A DNA stretch of 64,000 nucleotides from Thermodesulfobacteriota bacterium (GCA_041572575.1 JBFFSH010000001.1:1-64000), one strand, 5' to 3'; shown: positions 39,975 through 50,791, counted from the stretch's first letter. Notes: a model not told the origin generated them from the letters alone. Numbers and translations: made by a program.

Positions 39975-41778
39975 GACCTATGCTTAAGAAAAATTGAAAT
40001 CTGTCAATCTCTGGCTCAGGATTTAAAGTATAACCAAAATCAACCCTCAAAGGGCCTATTATAGTATCAAACCTAAGACCTGTGCCCACTGCATATTTTA
40101 TTTCTCCGAAATCGAAATCAAATTCGTCGGGGAATACATTTCCATAATCAAAAAACAGCACTCCTCCAAGTTTTTTATAGATCGGAAATCTTCCTTCAAG
40201 ATTACCAAGTAAAAGTGTGTTTCCACCCACGGGCTCACTACCACTGTCAAGCGGGCCAAGCTCCTGAAAAGGGAACCCCCTCATAGTTGTGCTGCCGCCT
40301 GTAAAAAATCTCTTAAATATAGGAACATCCAGACTATCGGTACTGCCAAACGGCTGTATCAACCCTATATCCAGTCTTTTTGCAAAAACAATGTTTTTAT
40401 ATTCTTTATATCCGATAAATTCAAGAACGCTTGTAATAAAATCTTCATCAGACCCTAAAACCCCTAGAGACGACTCGATATTAAAACTCAGACTCCTTCC
40501 ACTTGTGGGGTTAAGCGGGTTATCAACTGTGCTGTGGTCTAGCCCGGCACTTAAAAAAGTAAGGAAATAACCATCATCCTCTACAAAATCAGAAGTAGAA
40601 CCGGATATTTCCGATAATCGAGACAGCTGGATATCAAAAGAACTGTAAAAATTTATATTATTGTATATTTTCTTCTTAATCTTATTAGAAAAATTGAGGC
40701 TCTCTGAGGTGTAGCTTGGAAAATCATCCCTTGAAGTAGAAAGAGTAGAGATAAAATCCATGTCTCTGTCAAATAAATAAGGCTGAATTAGTGAAGCGCT
40801 TAAGCGCTGAGTAAGAAACGAAAATTTGCCTGAAACCTCTAAGTCTCTTGCACCACCGAACAGATTTTTATGGTTCCATATAATCTGTCCTCGGAAAAGG
40901 TCTTCGGTGCCAAAACCTACTCCAACCTTTACACTCCCAAGTTTCCGTTGTTCAACACTTATTACGGTATCAACGACTTTTTGCTCCTCATTAAATACAG
41001 GATCAATCACAACGGATTTGAAATACCCAAGACCAAATATTGCAAGCCTTGTCCTGTCGAGCATTGTTAGAGAATATTCATCACCCGACTTATATAAAAT
41101 CTCTCTCGATATAATCTTATCGTCTATGTCCTTATTACCCTTAATGGATACAGTGCCAAAGTAATATTTATACCCCCTGTTAACAGAAATATCTACCTTA
41201 GCCCATTTATCTTCCCTGTTTACAAGCGCCTCGGATTTTATTTCAGCAAAAGGATAGCCTTTATTTGAAAAATAGTTCGCAATAATATTCTTTGTTTTTT
41301 GATACTCTCTTTGCGAGAAATCTTCATTGGACATTACAGTAGCTGCATCCAAAAGCTCGGCATACTCTTCATCCAATAGTTTTGGCTTCACATCCAGTAC
41401 AAAATCTTTTACAACCGTTTTTTCGCCACGATCTATATCTATTATCACATCAACAAAGTCATCATTTTTTTGCTCAATTAGATATTCTATTTTTACATCA
41501 TAAAATCCATATTCTTTATATAAATTAGATATCCGTATTACATCTTCCTTTAATATTTCTTCGTCAAATACGGGTTTTTTCTTCCAGGGTAAAAACGATG
41601 GAAATTCTGTTGCCATATTCTCGGTAATCTCTTTTTTAGATACAGCACCAATGTTATTTAATTTGATTTTGGAAATATATATTTCACCCGGCTCATCTTG
41701 AGAAAAAACAGGAAAAGGACACAAGAATATAGAGATACAATATATTAGTAAGAAATATTTATATGATAAATTCATCAC
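39964..41778 (-). CDS. tamA: Omp85-family outer membrane protein (TamA-like)
   Basis: Three POTRA-like domains; RFFTGG..TMRGF, GPLRVDFG, terminal SIGHAF. Confidence 0.85.
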   Translation of the reverse strand: MMNLSYKYFLLIYCISIFLCPFPVFSQDEPGEIYISKIKLNNIGAVSKKEITENMATEFPSFLPWKKKPVFDEEILKEDVIRISNLYKEYGFYDVKIEYLIEQKNDDFVDVIIDIDRGEKTVVKDFVLDVKPKLLDEEYAELLDAATVMSNEDFSQREYQKTKNIIANYFSNKGYPFAEIKSEALVNREDKWAKVDISVNRGYKYYFGTVSIKGNKDIDDKIISREILYKSGDEYSLTMLDRTRLAIFGLGYFKSVVIDPVFNEEQKVVDTVISVEQRKLGSVKVGVGFGTEDLFRGQIIWNHKNLFGGARDLEVSGKFSFLTQRLSASLIQPYLFDRDMDFISTLSTSRDDFPSYTSESLNFSNKIKKKIYNNINFYSSFDIQLSRLSEISGSTSDFVEDDGYFLTFLSAGLDHSTVDNPLNPTSGRSLSFNIESSLGVLGSDEDFITSVLEFIGYKEYKNIVFAKRLDIGLIQPFGSTDSLDVPIFKRFFTGGSTTMRGFPFQELGPLDSGSEPVGGNTLLLGNLEGRFPIYKKLGGVLFFDYGNVFPDEFDFDFGEIKYAVGTGLRFDTIIGPLRVDFGYTLNPEPEIDRFQFFLSIGHAF

Positions 41779-41914
41779 CCAAGCTAATATTATAACAATT
41801 CCGATAATTACTTAAGAGAATAACGGACTGTATTAAAATGATAAGGTAAAATATCAGCCGCAATGAAGTTTAGCAACAGAGATGGAATAAAGCAATTAAT
41901 TACTTCGCTAAATA

Positions 41915-42649
41915 CTAATCAAACTGCCTTATTTGAGGGAAAGCAAAGAATTTTTCAAGATCAAGCAATATTAATAGTTCATCATTAAATTCACAAACTC
42001 CATGTAAAAAAGGAGCAATTTTATCATCTACCTTTGCTTCGGTATTCATAATTGAATCCTTTGGAACATTATATATCTGATTTACCTGATCAACTATAAT
42101 AGCAGAGCTTATTTCTTCATCCAAAGAACGTATAACAAGCATTCTTCCCGAATCAAATCTATCCATCTTGGGAATACCCAAATATGTGCCAAGATCAACA
42201 ACCGAAACAATCTCCCCTCTAATGTTAGTTACACCTCTTACCCATACGGGAAGATTTGGTACCGGGGTAACATTGCTGAGAGTTCCTATTTCCAGCACAT
42301 TTAAAATAGGTATGCCATACATTTTATTTGACAGCGTAAATACAATATACTTCTGCTCGTCTATATCCTCTGCCTGAGCTTCTTCTCCAAAGTCAGACAT
42401 TATTACCTGCCCATAATTCTGCTGTATGGAAGAGTCTATTTCTGAAATCAGTTTGTCGAGTTCATCACTATCTGAAGATAAATCACTACTGCTACTGCTG
42501 CCAATAGATTCTGTAGTCTGTCTGATATTTGCACTCTGAAAAACACTATTTTGGAGCTCTATGTCTTCGAGATGAAGGTCTTTGGACATAGTTTCTGAAG
42601 AGGTGCTTTCACTATTGCTGTTATTATTGGAATCTTTATTATCAGACAT
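41915..42649 (-). CDS. cheW: CheW/PilI-like coupling protein with acidic Ser-rich N-terminal extension
   Basis: YGIPI..V.EI, TPVPN.P.WVRGVTNIRGEIVSVVDL, IIVDQV, LLDLE. Confidence 0.88.
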   Translation of the reverse strand: MSDNKDSNNNSNSESTSSETMSKDLHLEDIELQNSVFQSANIRQTTESIGSSSSSDLSSDSDELDKLISEIDSSIQQNYGQVIMSDFGEEAQAEDIDEQKYIVFTLSNKMYGIPILNVLEIGTLSNVTPVPNLPVWVRGVTNIRGEIVSVVDLGTYLGIPKMDRFDSGRMLVIRSLDEEISSAIIVDQVNQIYNVPKDSIMNTEAKVDDKIAPFLHGVCEFNDELLILLDLEKFFAFPQIRQFD

Positions 42650-42696
42650 AATATTAGTTCTCCGTCTTTATATTATTATATAATTTAATGATTTGT

Positions 42697-43275
42697 TTAA
42701 AATTTAATCTTAGAAGCCATCTCTCTTAATTCATCTATATGAATTAAATATATTTCCTGCCACTGCTTCTTTATTAAATCTGATCTAAAGCTCGATTCAA
42801 ACAAACTGAAATAGGACTGAATGATATTTAGAAGAGCTTCTCGAATTTCATCAAAAATCGGCTGCCGGTCTGATGGATGACTAGCCCAGCCCTTAAATAA
42901 ATTTATGACAGTATCAGGTGATAATCTATTTTCTTTCAGATACAGCAGCTTTATATTTGGATAGTTTTCACTCTGCGATACTAAAAGCTTTTGCAGATAA
43001 GATGAATTAACCCTTAACTTTTTTTCGGCAAACCCTACAACCTGATTTACCAGATCACACAGTAGTCTTAATCCTTCCTTAGGATCTTTTATTATCTTGT
43101 CTTCGGTAAGCTTTACAGTAATAACCTGATTATTTGATAGAAGCAGCATTAGTTGTTCTTCCAAAGCTGTATCCTGCTGTAACGCTACTTTTGAACTATC
43201 ATCAGCCATGTTATTTTCACCCTGATTAATACCGCTATTTTCTTCTGCTTTATTAAATGGCATTCTAAGCTTCAT
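42697..43275 (-). CDS. Hypothetical helical protein in chemosensory-like operon
   Basis: 192-aa ORF abutting the upstream stop codon; no motif recognised. Confidence 0.7.
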   Translation of the reverse strand: MKLRMPFNKAEENSGINQGENNMADDSSKVALQQDTALEEQLMLLLSNNQVITVKLTEDKIIKDPKEGLRLLCDLVNQVVGFAEKKLRVNSSYLQKLLVSQSENYPNIKLLYLKENRLSPDTVINLFKGWASHPSDRQPIFDEIREALLNIIQSYFSLFESSFRSDLIKKQWQEIYLIHIDELREMASKIKF

Positions 43276-45369
43276 TTATGCTGTACCCGCAACACTTACA
43301 CCCTGTTTTTTTATGGCACTCACAAGTGAGTTTGGTTCAAATGGTTTAGTAATATAATCCGTAGCACCTACCAATTTACCCCTCATTTTATCAATGATTC
43401 CGTCTTTACCTGAAAGCATTATTACCGGTACTTCTTTTGTAAGCTCGTTACCCTTGATTATCTTGCAAAGTTGATACCCATCCATATGGGGCAAGTTAAT
43501 ATCTAGAAAGATAATATCAGGTATGAATTCATTTAACTTTGCTAACGCCTGCATTGCATTTGATGATACTTCTACCTGGTAACCGTGCCTGCTAAGAGTA
43601 ACAGAAACTATTTTTTGTACAGTAGGGCTGTCATCAACCACTAAAATTGTAGGTTTCGATACAGTATCTGCTGGTTGAGCATATTGATCCTGAACTGGAA
43701 TAACCGGCTCATTTACCGGTGGTGGTGGAGGTGGTATGTCCGGCTCTACTTCCCTAAGCTCAGGCTTTGGAGGTTCAGCACTTACTGTTGTACCTACATG
43801 ATTTCCATTACTGTCAATGGTCTTATTAAACGATTCAATATTATCATAAGAAGAATCTTCATTTAGTGATCTTAAGTCGGTTTCATTATTTACAGGTGGG
43901 ACAACATTTCCAATCTCACTCTCTTTCTGCCCGGGAATTTGGAAGAGGTCTTCCACTTCTTTACCGGGATCAGCAGATTGGGTAGGGGCTGTGGCCCCTG
44001 GTTGAGAATCAGCTGCATCAGGTGCTAAATCTGTTTCTGTACCTGCACTTTCTGTCTGCATAGTGGGAATTGTAAAAACATCTTTGTTATCAGGAACTTC
44101 TATCTGATCAGTTATTTCTTCAGCTTCCAGGCTCAGTTCTATTGTCTTATCATCATCCTCTTCACTTGCTGATTGGCTGCTTGAAAATACGTTTAACTCC
44201 GGGCTGCTATCTTGCGCTTGTGGAGGTACAGGTATGTTAATTGGCTCAGATTTTTGTGATTCTACAGGCTGAAAACCAACTGTAGCCCCAGCCTGTTCTG
44301 CAGGAGCCTGAAATAGACTCTGTTCTCCACCTGCCGTACTAGCTGGTTCACTTTCAGTCTGTTCACTATGCGGCCGCGCATCTACTTCACGACTCTCAGC
44401 CGGCGGCTGAAAAAGATTACTCGAGCTATCAGAGCTTTGTAATGATATATTTTCAAAGCTGCTATCCGAACTCTGTTTTACCCCTCTTACATAATCATCA
44501 TCTTTTGCAAATACATCAATTATTTCATTTTGATTTGGTTTTTCATCAGTTGCTTGTGGTTGAGGTTGTGGAGATTGACCGGGAAACTGAGGCTCATCAA
44601 TTTGTGGTGGTTGAGCTTGAGATTCAGGCTCTGTAGTAAGCGATGAAGCTAGAGTATCTGCAGTTTCTGTTTTTTCTGATGATACCTGTGGAGACGCTGT
44701 AAAAACAGAATGATCTGTCTGTTGAGATTGTGATACTGGCGGCTCCGGATAGCTTTGTGGTTGCGTTTCAATTTGCGGCTCTGGCTCAGGTTGTGCTGGT
44801 TCGGACGGTGCTTGTGCAGCAACTTCAGGTTCAGGCTCTGATGGTTGTACTATTTGTTGTTCCTCAGGTTTTTGAACAATAGTTTGTTCTTGTTCAGCTT
44901 TTTGCAATGGTTCAGGTTCTTGCTTTTGTACAACCTGTTCAGCATCAATGTTATGATGATTTACAAGCGCGCTTTTAATACTACTAAATTCTGCTATATA
45001 TGGTTTTATATTGTGTCCTGTCAAAAATCTTAACTCATCAATCAGTACAATATTTGTAGGATCAATCATTGCAACACTCAAGAATGCCCCTTCTAAATCA
45101 AATGGAATCAGGTTATTATCGACGGCCGTGTCCTGAGGGATTAGCTTTATGACTGATGGCTCAATATTTATCGCTGAAAGGTCTACTCTGGGGAATTGAT
45201 TGTCTATATTAGTAAGTTCAACAAGTTGAGACTCGGTAATATAACCTTTTCTAATTAATATTTCACCGAGTGATTTATTATTGTTCTTTTGCTCTTCTAC
45301 AGCTTCTTTTAGGTTATCAAGAGATAAATAACCCTTTTCAATAAACAGTTTGGCTAGTTTAACATTCAT
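43276..45369 (-). CDS. MshEN/GSPII-N domain + long acidic Pro/Gln linker + PilG-like receiver
   Basis: KLAKLFIEKG.L....L..A..EQ..SLGEILIRKG; VAM.DP.N...IDELRF.TG; receiver VVDDS..IFLDI.LP.MDGYQLC.IIK..PVIMLS.KDG..DK.RG..VG..DY.TKPF. Confidence 0.85.
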   Translation of the reverse strand: MNVKLAKLFIEKGYLSLDNLKEAVEEQKNNNKSLGEILIRKGYITESQLVELTNIDNQFPRVDLSAINIEPSVIKLIPQDTAVDNNLIPFDLEGAFLSVAMIDPTNIVLIDELRFLTGHNIKPYIAEFSSIKSALVNHHNIDAEQVVQKQEPEPLQKAEQEQTIVQKPEEQQIVQPSEPEPEVAAQAPSEPAQPEPEPQIETQPQSYPEPPVSQSQQTDHSVFTASPQVSSEKTETADTLASSLTTEPESQAQPPQIDEPQFPGQSPQPQPQATDEKPNQNEIIDVFAKDDDYVRGVKQSSDSSFENISLQSSDSSSNLFQPPAESREVDARPHSEQTESEPASTAGGEQSLFQAPAEQAGATVGFQPVESQKSEPINIPVPPQAQDSSPELNVFSSSQSASEEDDDKTIELSLEAEEITDQIEVPDNKDVFTIPTMQTESAGTETDLAPDAADSQPGATAPTQSADPGKEVEDLFQIPGQKESEIGNVVPPVNNETDLRSLNEDSSYDNIESFNKTIDSNGNHVGTTVSAEPPKPELREVEPDIPPPPPPVNEPVIPVQDQYAQPADTVSKPTILVVDDSPTVQKIVSVTLSRHGYQVEVSSNAMQALAKLNEFIPDIIFLDINLPHMDGYQLCKIIKGNELTKEVPVIMLSGKDGIIDKMRGKLVGATDYITKPFEPNSLVSAIKKQGVSVAGTA

Positions 45370-45437
45370 TCCATTGAGTCCTTAATATGTGCTTAATCTA
45401 TAGTTTTGTTACACTTTTTTTATATATTTATATATCT

Positions 45438-45454
45438 AGCAAGAATTATGCCAA
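45438..45454 (-). promoter_or_regulatory. Sigma54 (-24/-12) promoter
   Basis: TTGGCATAATTCTTGCT (GG-N10-GC) 68 nt upstream of ORF start at 45369. Confidence 0.75.
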
Positions 45455-45697
45455 TTCAGGAAATAAAATTCCCTATAATATACAGTAAATTAGTATACAT
45501 AATTATAGTAAATTATAAATTTGAGCACCCCACTCTAATTTCAAAAACCTGTCTTATTATAACATCATATTAATTAGAAATAAACGCTTATATAATTTCT
45601 TATCCAATAATTCAGATTCGATTTCTTTAATAATAACAATAAACTTTTTATATTAATCTGTAATTTGAACTGTTTTTGTATAATTTTTAATACAGTC

Positions 45698-45714
45698 TGC
45701 TTAATTTTTATGCA
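45698..45714. promoter_or_regulatory. NtrC-like enhancer site
   Basis: TGCTTAATTTTTATGCA (TGC-N11-GCA) upstream of glnB sigma54 promoter. Confidence 0.55.
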
Positions 45715-45762
45715 TTAAAAATTTTATTTAATTTACAAAATATAATGATATTAGATGTTTAA

Positions 45763-46167
<405 letters not shown>

Positions 46168-46221
46168 TAGATTATTACAGCATTTGAAAATAACTTTATA
46201 AATTACAAGGAGGAAGGTTAG

Positions 46222-47673
46222 ATGGCAAAATCTACCAAAGGCGGCGCTCAGAGTCCGCCAAACAATGCAAATGATGTTCTTAAGCTTGTAAAAGATGAGA
46301 ACATTCAGATTATAGACTTTAGGTTTCTCGATTTTGTGGGGATGTGGCAGCATTTCAGTACACCCACACATGAATTGGACAAAGAAGCATTCGAAGAAGG
46401 ACTGGGTTTTGATGGATCAAGCATCAGAGGTTGGCAGTCAATTCACGCAAGCGATATGCTAATGATACCGGATCCCAAAACTGCCAGAATTGATCCATTC
46501 ACTAATATACCAACTCTCGCATTAATATGTGATATTGTAGATCCAATAACAAGAGAGCCTTATTCAAGAGACCCGAGAAACATAGCCAAAAAAGCTGTTT
46601 CTTACCTCCAGAGCACAGGAATTGCTGACACAGCTTATTTTGGACCTGAGCTGGAATTCTTTATTTTAGACGATGTTAGATATGACCAGACAGCAAACAC
46701 CGGATACTATTTTGTAGATTCAGTAGAAGGTATCTGGAACTCAGGCACGGATGAAGGACCAAACCTTGGTTATAAACCAAGACATAAAGAAGGTTATTTC
46801 CCCTGCCCTCCTACAGACAGCTATCAGGACCTAAGATCCGAAATGGTTTTAGAGATGGAAAATCTTGGTATAGCAGTCGAAGCTCATCACCACGAAGTAT
46901 CAACAGCGGGTCAGGCTGAGATAGACATGCGTTTTTCCCCTCTTGTTGATATGGGCGACAATATGATGTGGTATAAATATATTTGCAGAAATGTAGCAAG
47001 AAAATATGGTAAAACAGTTACATTTATGCCAAAGGTTATATTCGAAGATAATGGTTCAGGAATGCACATACATCAGTCACTCTGGAAAAAAGGCAAACCA
47101 CTTTTTGCAGGAAACAGCTACGCAGGAATGAGCGAAATGGCAATGCATTATATTGGTGGAATACTAAAACATGCTAAAGCTATCTGTGCTTTTTCCAATC
47201 CAACAACAAACTCTTACAGAAGACTTGTACCAGGGTTTGAAGCTCCTGTTAACCTTGCATATTCGGCAAGAAACAGAAGTGCTGCAGTAAGAATTCCTAT
47301 GTACTCTCCAAGTCCTAAAGCTAAAAGACTTGAAACAAGATTCCCAGACCCATCAGCAAACGGATACCTTACATTCTCTGCAATGCTTATGGCTGGCCTT
47401 GATGGAATCGAGAACAAAATTGATCCGGGTGATCCTCTCGATAAAGACATTTACTCACTTGGACCTGAGGAACTGGAGGGTATCCCTTATGTTCCAGGTT
47501 CGCTCGAAGAAGCTCTTAACTCACTTAAAGAAGATCATGAATTCCTTACAAAAGGTGACACATTCACAGATGATGTAGTTGAAACATGGATTGACTACAA
47601 GATGGAAAATGAAGTTAATCCTGTGAAGCTAAGACCAGTACCTCATGAGTTCATGCTTTACTTTGATGTGTAA
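46222..47673 (+). CDS. glnA: Glutamine synthetase type I
   Basis: FDGSSI.GW, GPELEFF, HHEV...GQ.E, NGSGMH, RNRSA..RIP, adenylylation Tyr in DKDIY. Confidence 0.97.
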   Translation: MAKSTKGGAQSPPNNANDVLKLVKDENIQIIDFRFLDFVGMWQHFSTPTHELDKEAFEEGLGFDGSSIRGWQSIHASDMLMIPDPKTARIDPFTNIPTLALICDIVDPITREPYSRDPRNIAKKAVSYLQSTGIADTAYFGPELEFFILDDVRYDQTANTGYYFVDSVEGIWNSGTDEGPNLGYKPRHKEGYFPCPPTDSYQDLRSEMVLEMENLGIAVEAHHHEVSTAGQAEIDMRFSPLVDMGDNMMWYKYICRNVARKYGKTVTFMPKVIFEDNGSGMHIHQSLWKKGKPLFAGNSYAGMSEMAMHYIGGILKHAKAICAFSNPTTNSYRRLVPGFEAPVNLAYSARNRSAAVRIPMYSPSPKAKRLETRFPDPSANGYLTFSAMLMAGLDGIENKIDPGDPLDKDIYSLGPEELEGIPYVPGSLEEALNSLKEDHEFLTKGDTFTDDVVETWIDYKMENEVNPVKLRPVPHEFMLYFDV

Positions 47674-47702
47674 TTAATTAGAGAATAAAGTTTTTAGATA
47701 AC

Positions 47703-47734
47703 AAAAAAAGGCGGCCAAACGGTCGCCTTTTTTT
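47703..47734. terminator. Bidirectional intrinsic terminator
   Basis: A7-GGCGGCC-AAAC-GGTCGCC-T7 between convergent glnA and nuoL. Confidence 0.9.
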
Positions 47735-47889
47735 ATGCCTAATTCAAATTTTCTATTATCCGTTAGCAGTCTGCAAAAATCAGAAGTAGCAAAAGTTACA
47801 CAACAAAAGGTTAAAATACCACTATGATGAACTAACCCCTAATATAGATCAGATGATCATGCAGGAAAAATTATTGATGTACTTATTGC

Positions 47890-49851
47890 TTAGAAAGTTG
47901 AAAATATTATATATAGAATAAGAATAAGACCCGCAGTCATAACAGCTGCATAGGCTCTTACAAGACCAAACTGAAACTTCCTTACAAAAGTTGATAGGCA
48001 TGAGAAAAAGCCTGCGATTCTGTTTACAAGCCCATCAACAATATTTGAGTCAAACCAAAATGACATCTTTGATGACTCTTTAAACCCGTCTATAAATGTA
48101 TGCTCATAAACCTCGTCCATATACCATTTGGAGTTGGAAGCGTTGAACAGAAAGCCAAAGTCCTCATTTGCTGTAATCTTGCTAAGATGTTTAGGCCTAT
48201 AAATATAGAAATAATAGGCAAGCCCAATTCCCAAAACAGCTGCAACAATGGAAAGTATAAGTAGATCCATGTGGCTAAAGAAGTGATGACTAACTGCTGA
48301 TGCATGATGCTGTTCAAGAGGTATAGCTGCCCAGATAAACTCTTTAAACTTGTTTACATGGTGCAGTCCAAACATCTCACCAATAAAATCCGGCACGCCA
48401 ACATAACCGCCTATTACTGATAGAACAGCCAGTACAATCAAAGGAATTGTCATAGTACTTGGAGATTCATGAAGCTTTTTCATTATATTAGCAGGAACCC
48501 TGCTCTTTCCTTCAAAAGTTAGGAAATATAGGCGCATCATATAAAGTGCAGTGAGCATTGCCGTAACAAGTGCTACTGCCCAGTGAATCGCAAATCCTTT
48601 TTCGTACAGTTCACCAAGTATCTGATCTTTTGAAAAGAAGCCTGAGAGAAGAGGTAGGCCTGAAATTGCTAAAGTACCTACAAGAAAAGTCTTGGAAGTT
48701 ATAGGAAGATATTTCCGAAGCCCCCCCATCTTTCTTACATCCTGCTCATCAGACATTGCATGTATTACGCTACCAGCACCAAGAAATAAAAGTGCTTTAA
48801 AGAATGCGTGGGTTACTAAGTGAAACATACCAGCGGCATAGGCGCCGATTCCCACACCCATGAACATAAAACCAAGCTGGCTCACGGTAGAATATGCCAG
48901 TACCTTTTTAATATCGGTCTGGCTAAGGGCAATCGTTGCAGCAAAAAACGCAGTAAATACAGCAATTGTTACAACTATGAATTGCGCTACAGGAGAAGCA
49001 CTGAAAAATACGGCACACCTTGTAACCATATAAACCCCTGCAGTTACCATGGTTGCCGCATGAATAAGAGCACTAACCGGTGTTGGTCCTGCCATGGCAT
49101 CTGGAAGCCACACATAGAGTGGGAACTGTGCCGATTTACCAACAGCTCCTACAAAAAGCAGAAGCGCTATTGCTGTGATTGTTATAGCTGGGATATTATT
49201 TAAAATTGCCTGACTTGAAGCCTGAGAAAAAACGTCTGCATAACTAAGAGAGCCAAAAGTTATGAAAATAAGAAATATCGCTATGAGAAAACCAAAGTCA
49301 CCTATTCTGTTTACTATAAATGCCTTTCTTCCGGCAAGGGCCTTCTGATCATCATCATACCAAAAACCAATTAACAGATAAGAAGCAAGCCCAACTCCTT
49401 CCCAGCCTACAAACATGAGCGGGAAGTTATTACCGAGTACAAGAACCAGCATGAAGAAAACAAATAGGTTTAGGTAAGTAAAATATCTGGCGTATGATTT
49501 ATCATGGCTCATATACCCAATCGAATAGACATGAATCAAAAACCCAACCCAAGTTATTACTAGAGTCATAATTGCTGAAATATTATCAAAAAGAAAACCA
49601 AACTTTATATCCAGCTCACCAGATACTATCCAGGAAAATGAGGTTTCGACTATGCCGGTTAATCCTTCCGACCCAACAAGAGTATAGAACATATATGTAG
49701 CAATAAGGGCAGAAAAGAGGATCGAGCTGCAGGCAATAACACTAACAATGCTTTTTTCAGATTTATGGTCTTGTTTTATTAAACCTGTAGTAAAAAGCAG
49801 GCCGTTTATAGCAGCTCCAATAAGTGGAAGTAATATAATTAAAAATAGCAT
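47890..49851 (-). CDS. nuoL: NADH-quinone oxidoreductase subunit L
   Basis: GWEGVGL.SYLLIGFW, NRIGDFG, GKSAQ.PL.VWLPDAMAGPTPVSALIHAATMV, HAFFKALLF. Confidence 0.96.
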   Translation of the reverse strand: MLFLIILLPLIGAAINGLLFTTGLIKQDHKSEKSIVSVIACSSILFSALIATYMFYTLVGSEGLTGIVETSFSWIVSGELDIKFGFLFDNISAIMTLVITWVGFLIHVYSIGYMSHDKSYARYFTYLNLFVFFMLVLVLGNNFPLMFVGWEGVGLASYLLIGFWYDDDQKALAGRKAFIVNRIGDFGFLIAIFLIFITFGSLSYADVFSQASSQAILNNIPAITITAIALLLFVGAVGKSAQFPLYVWLPDAMAGPTPVSALIHAATMVTAGVYMVTRCAVFFSASPVAQFIVVTIAVFTAFFAATIALSQTDIKKVLAYSTVSQLGFMFMGVGIGAYAAGMFHLVTHAFFKALLFLGAGSVIHAMSDEQDVRKMGGLRKYLPITSKTFLVGTLAISGLPLLSGFFSKDQILGELYEKGFAIHWAVALVTAMLTALYMMRLYFLTFEGKSRVPANIMKKLHESPSTMTIPLIVLAVLSVIGGYVGVPDFIGEMFGLHHVNKFKEFIWAAIPLEQHHASAVSHHFFSHMDLLILSIVAAVLGIGLAYYFYIYRPKHLSKITANEDFGFLFNASNSKWYMDEVYEHTFIDGFKESSKMSFWFDSNIVDGLVNRIAGFFSCLSTFVRKFQFGLVRAYAAVMTAGLILILYIIFSTF

Positions 49852-49861
49852 TTTTTTGTAT

Positions 49862-50167
49862 TTAACCTTTAAGTAACTTCAGTACATCTATATTAATAGT
49901 CTCTTTATTATGATAAATAGATACCACTAGAGCTAAACCAACTGCAACCTCACATGCTGCAACTACTAAAGACATAAGCATAAAAACCTGTCCAGTGTTA
50001 TCGCCATGAAACCTCGAAAAACTCACAAGCGCCAGATTTGCCGCGTTTAGCATTAGCTCAAGTGACATAAGGACTATAATTAAATTTTTTCTTGTGATTA
50101 CACCAAAAGCACCTATCACAAAGAGCATAAAGCTTAGCAGAACGTAGTGGTTTATTGTAACTTCCAT
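49862..50167 (-). CDS. nuoK: NADH-quinone oxidoreductase subunit K
   Basis: RKN.I..LMS.ELMLNAANL, GQVF, AA.EVAVGLA. Confidence 0.95.
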   Translation of the reverse strand: MEVTINHYVLLSFMLFVIGAFGVITRKNLIIVLMSLELMLNAANLALVSFSRFHGDNTGQVFMLMSLVVAACEVAVGLALVVSIYHNKETINIDVLKLLKG

Positions 50168-50680
50168 CTAATCTGCGCTCCTTTTTGAAAGTACAATCAC
50201 ACCGATTATTGCAATTAAAATCAGAACGGATGTAAGCTCAAAAGGCAGTATATAATAAGTAAAAATGCTGGTGCCCACGTTTTCAACAGAGCCGTAATCT
50301 TCTGAAACTGAAATATCGGATAACTTGGCAGGTTTTGAGGTTCCAATCACCACATTTTGCACTATCATTGCAGTTATAAATAGCACTGCAAGAGCAGAGC
50401 TTACCTTTAGAGGAACATTCTGTGCATCAAAATTAAGTGATTCATCCCTAAGGATCAAAAACATCACAGTAAACATGAATAGCACCATTATGGCACCTGC
50501 ATAAACGAGAATCTGCACCACAGCCACAAACTGAGCTGATAGCATAATATAAAGCACAGAGGTATTAAACAGAGTAAGAACAAGTGCAACTATACTTGCT
50601 ACAGGGTTGCGGTTAACAACCACGGCAATAGAGCTTGCAAGCACAGCACACGCAAAGAAATAAAATAAATATGTGTCCAA
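50168..50680 (-). CDS. nuoJ: NADH-quinone oxidoreductase subunit J
   Basis: RNPV.S, AQFVA.VQILVYAGAIMVLF.F, LPFEL.S.L.L.AI.G. Confidence 0.95.
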   Translation of the reverse strand: MDTYLFYFFACAVLASSIAVVVNRNPVASIVALVLTLFNTSVLYIMLSAQFVAVVQILVYAGAIMVLFMFTVMFLILRDESLNFDAQNVPLKVSSALAVLFITAMIVQNVVIGTSKPAKLSDISVSEDYGSVENVGTSIFTYYILPFELTSVLILIAIIGVIVLSKRSAD

Positions 50681-50791
50681 TTATTTAAGTCCTGATTATT
50701 AGTTCCGGAAAAAAATTTACGTTAGATTATATATGGTATATGCGGTAGTCAACCCTTGAATTAGTTTTTTTTAGGAAATTGCAGATAAACC

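Noticed and set aside
43700..44950. Low-complexity Pro/Gln/Glu repeats suggesting a repeat array
   Set aside because: Protein-level disordered linker; no regular nucleotide repeat-spacer structure, not CRISPR
47735..47889. Possible nuoM remnant after nuoL
   Set aside because: Frames I read are interrupted by stops and show no NuoM-like sequence
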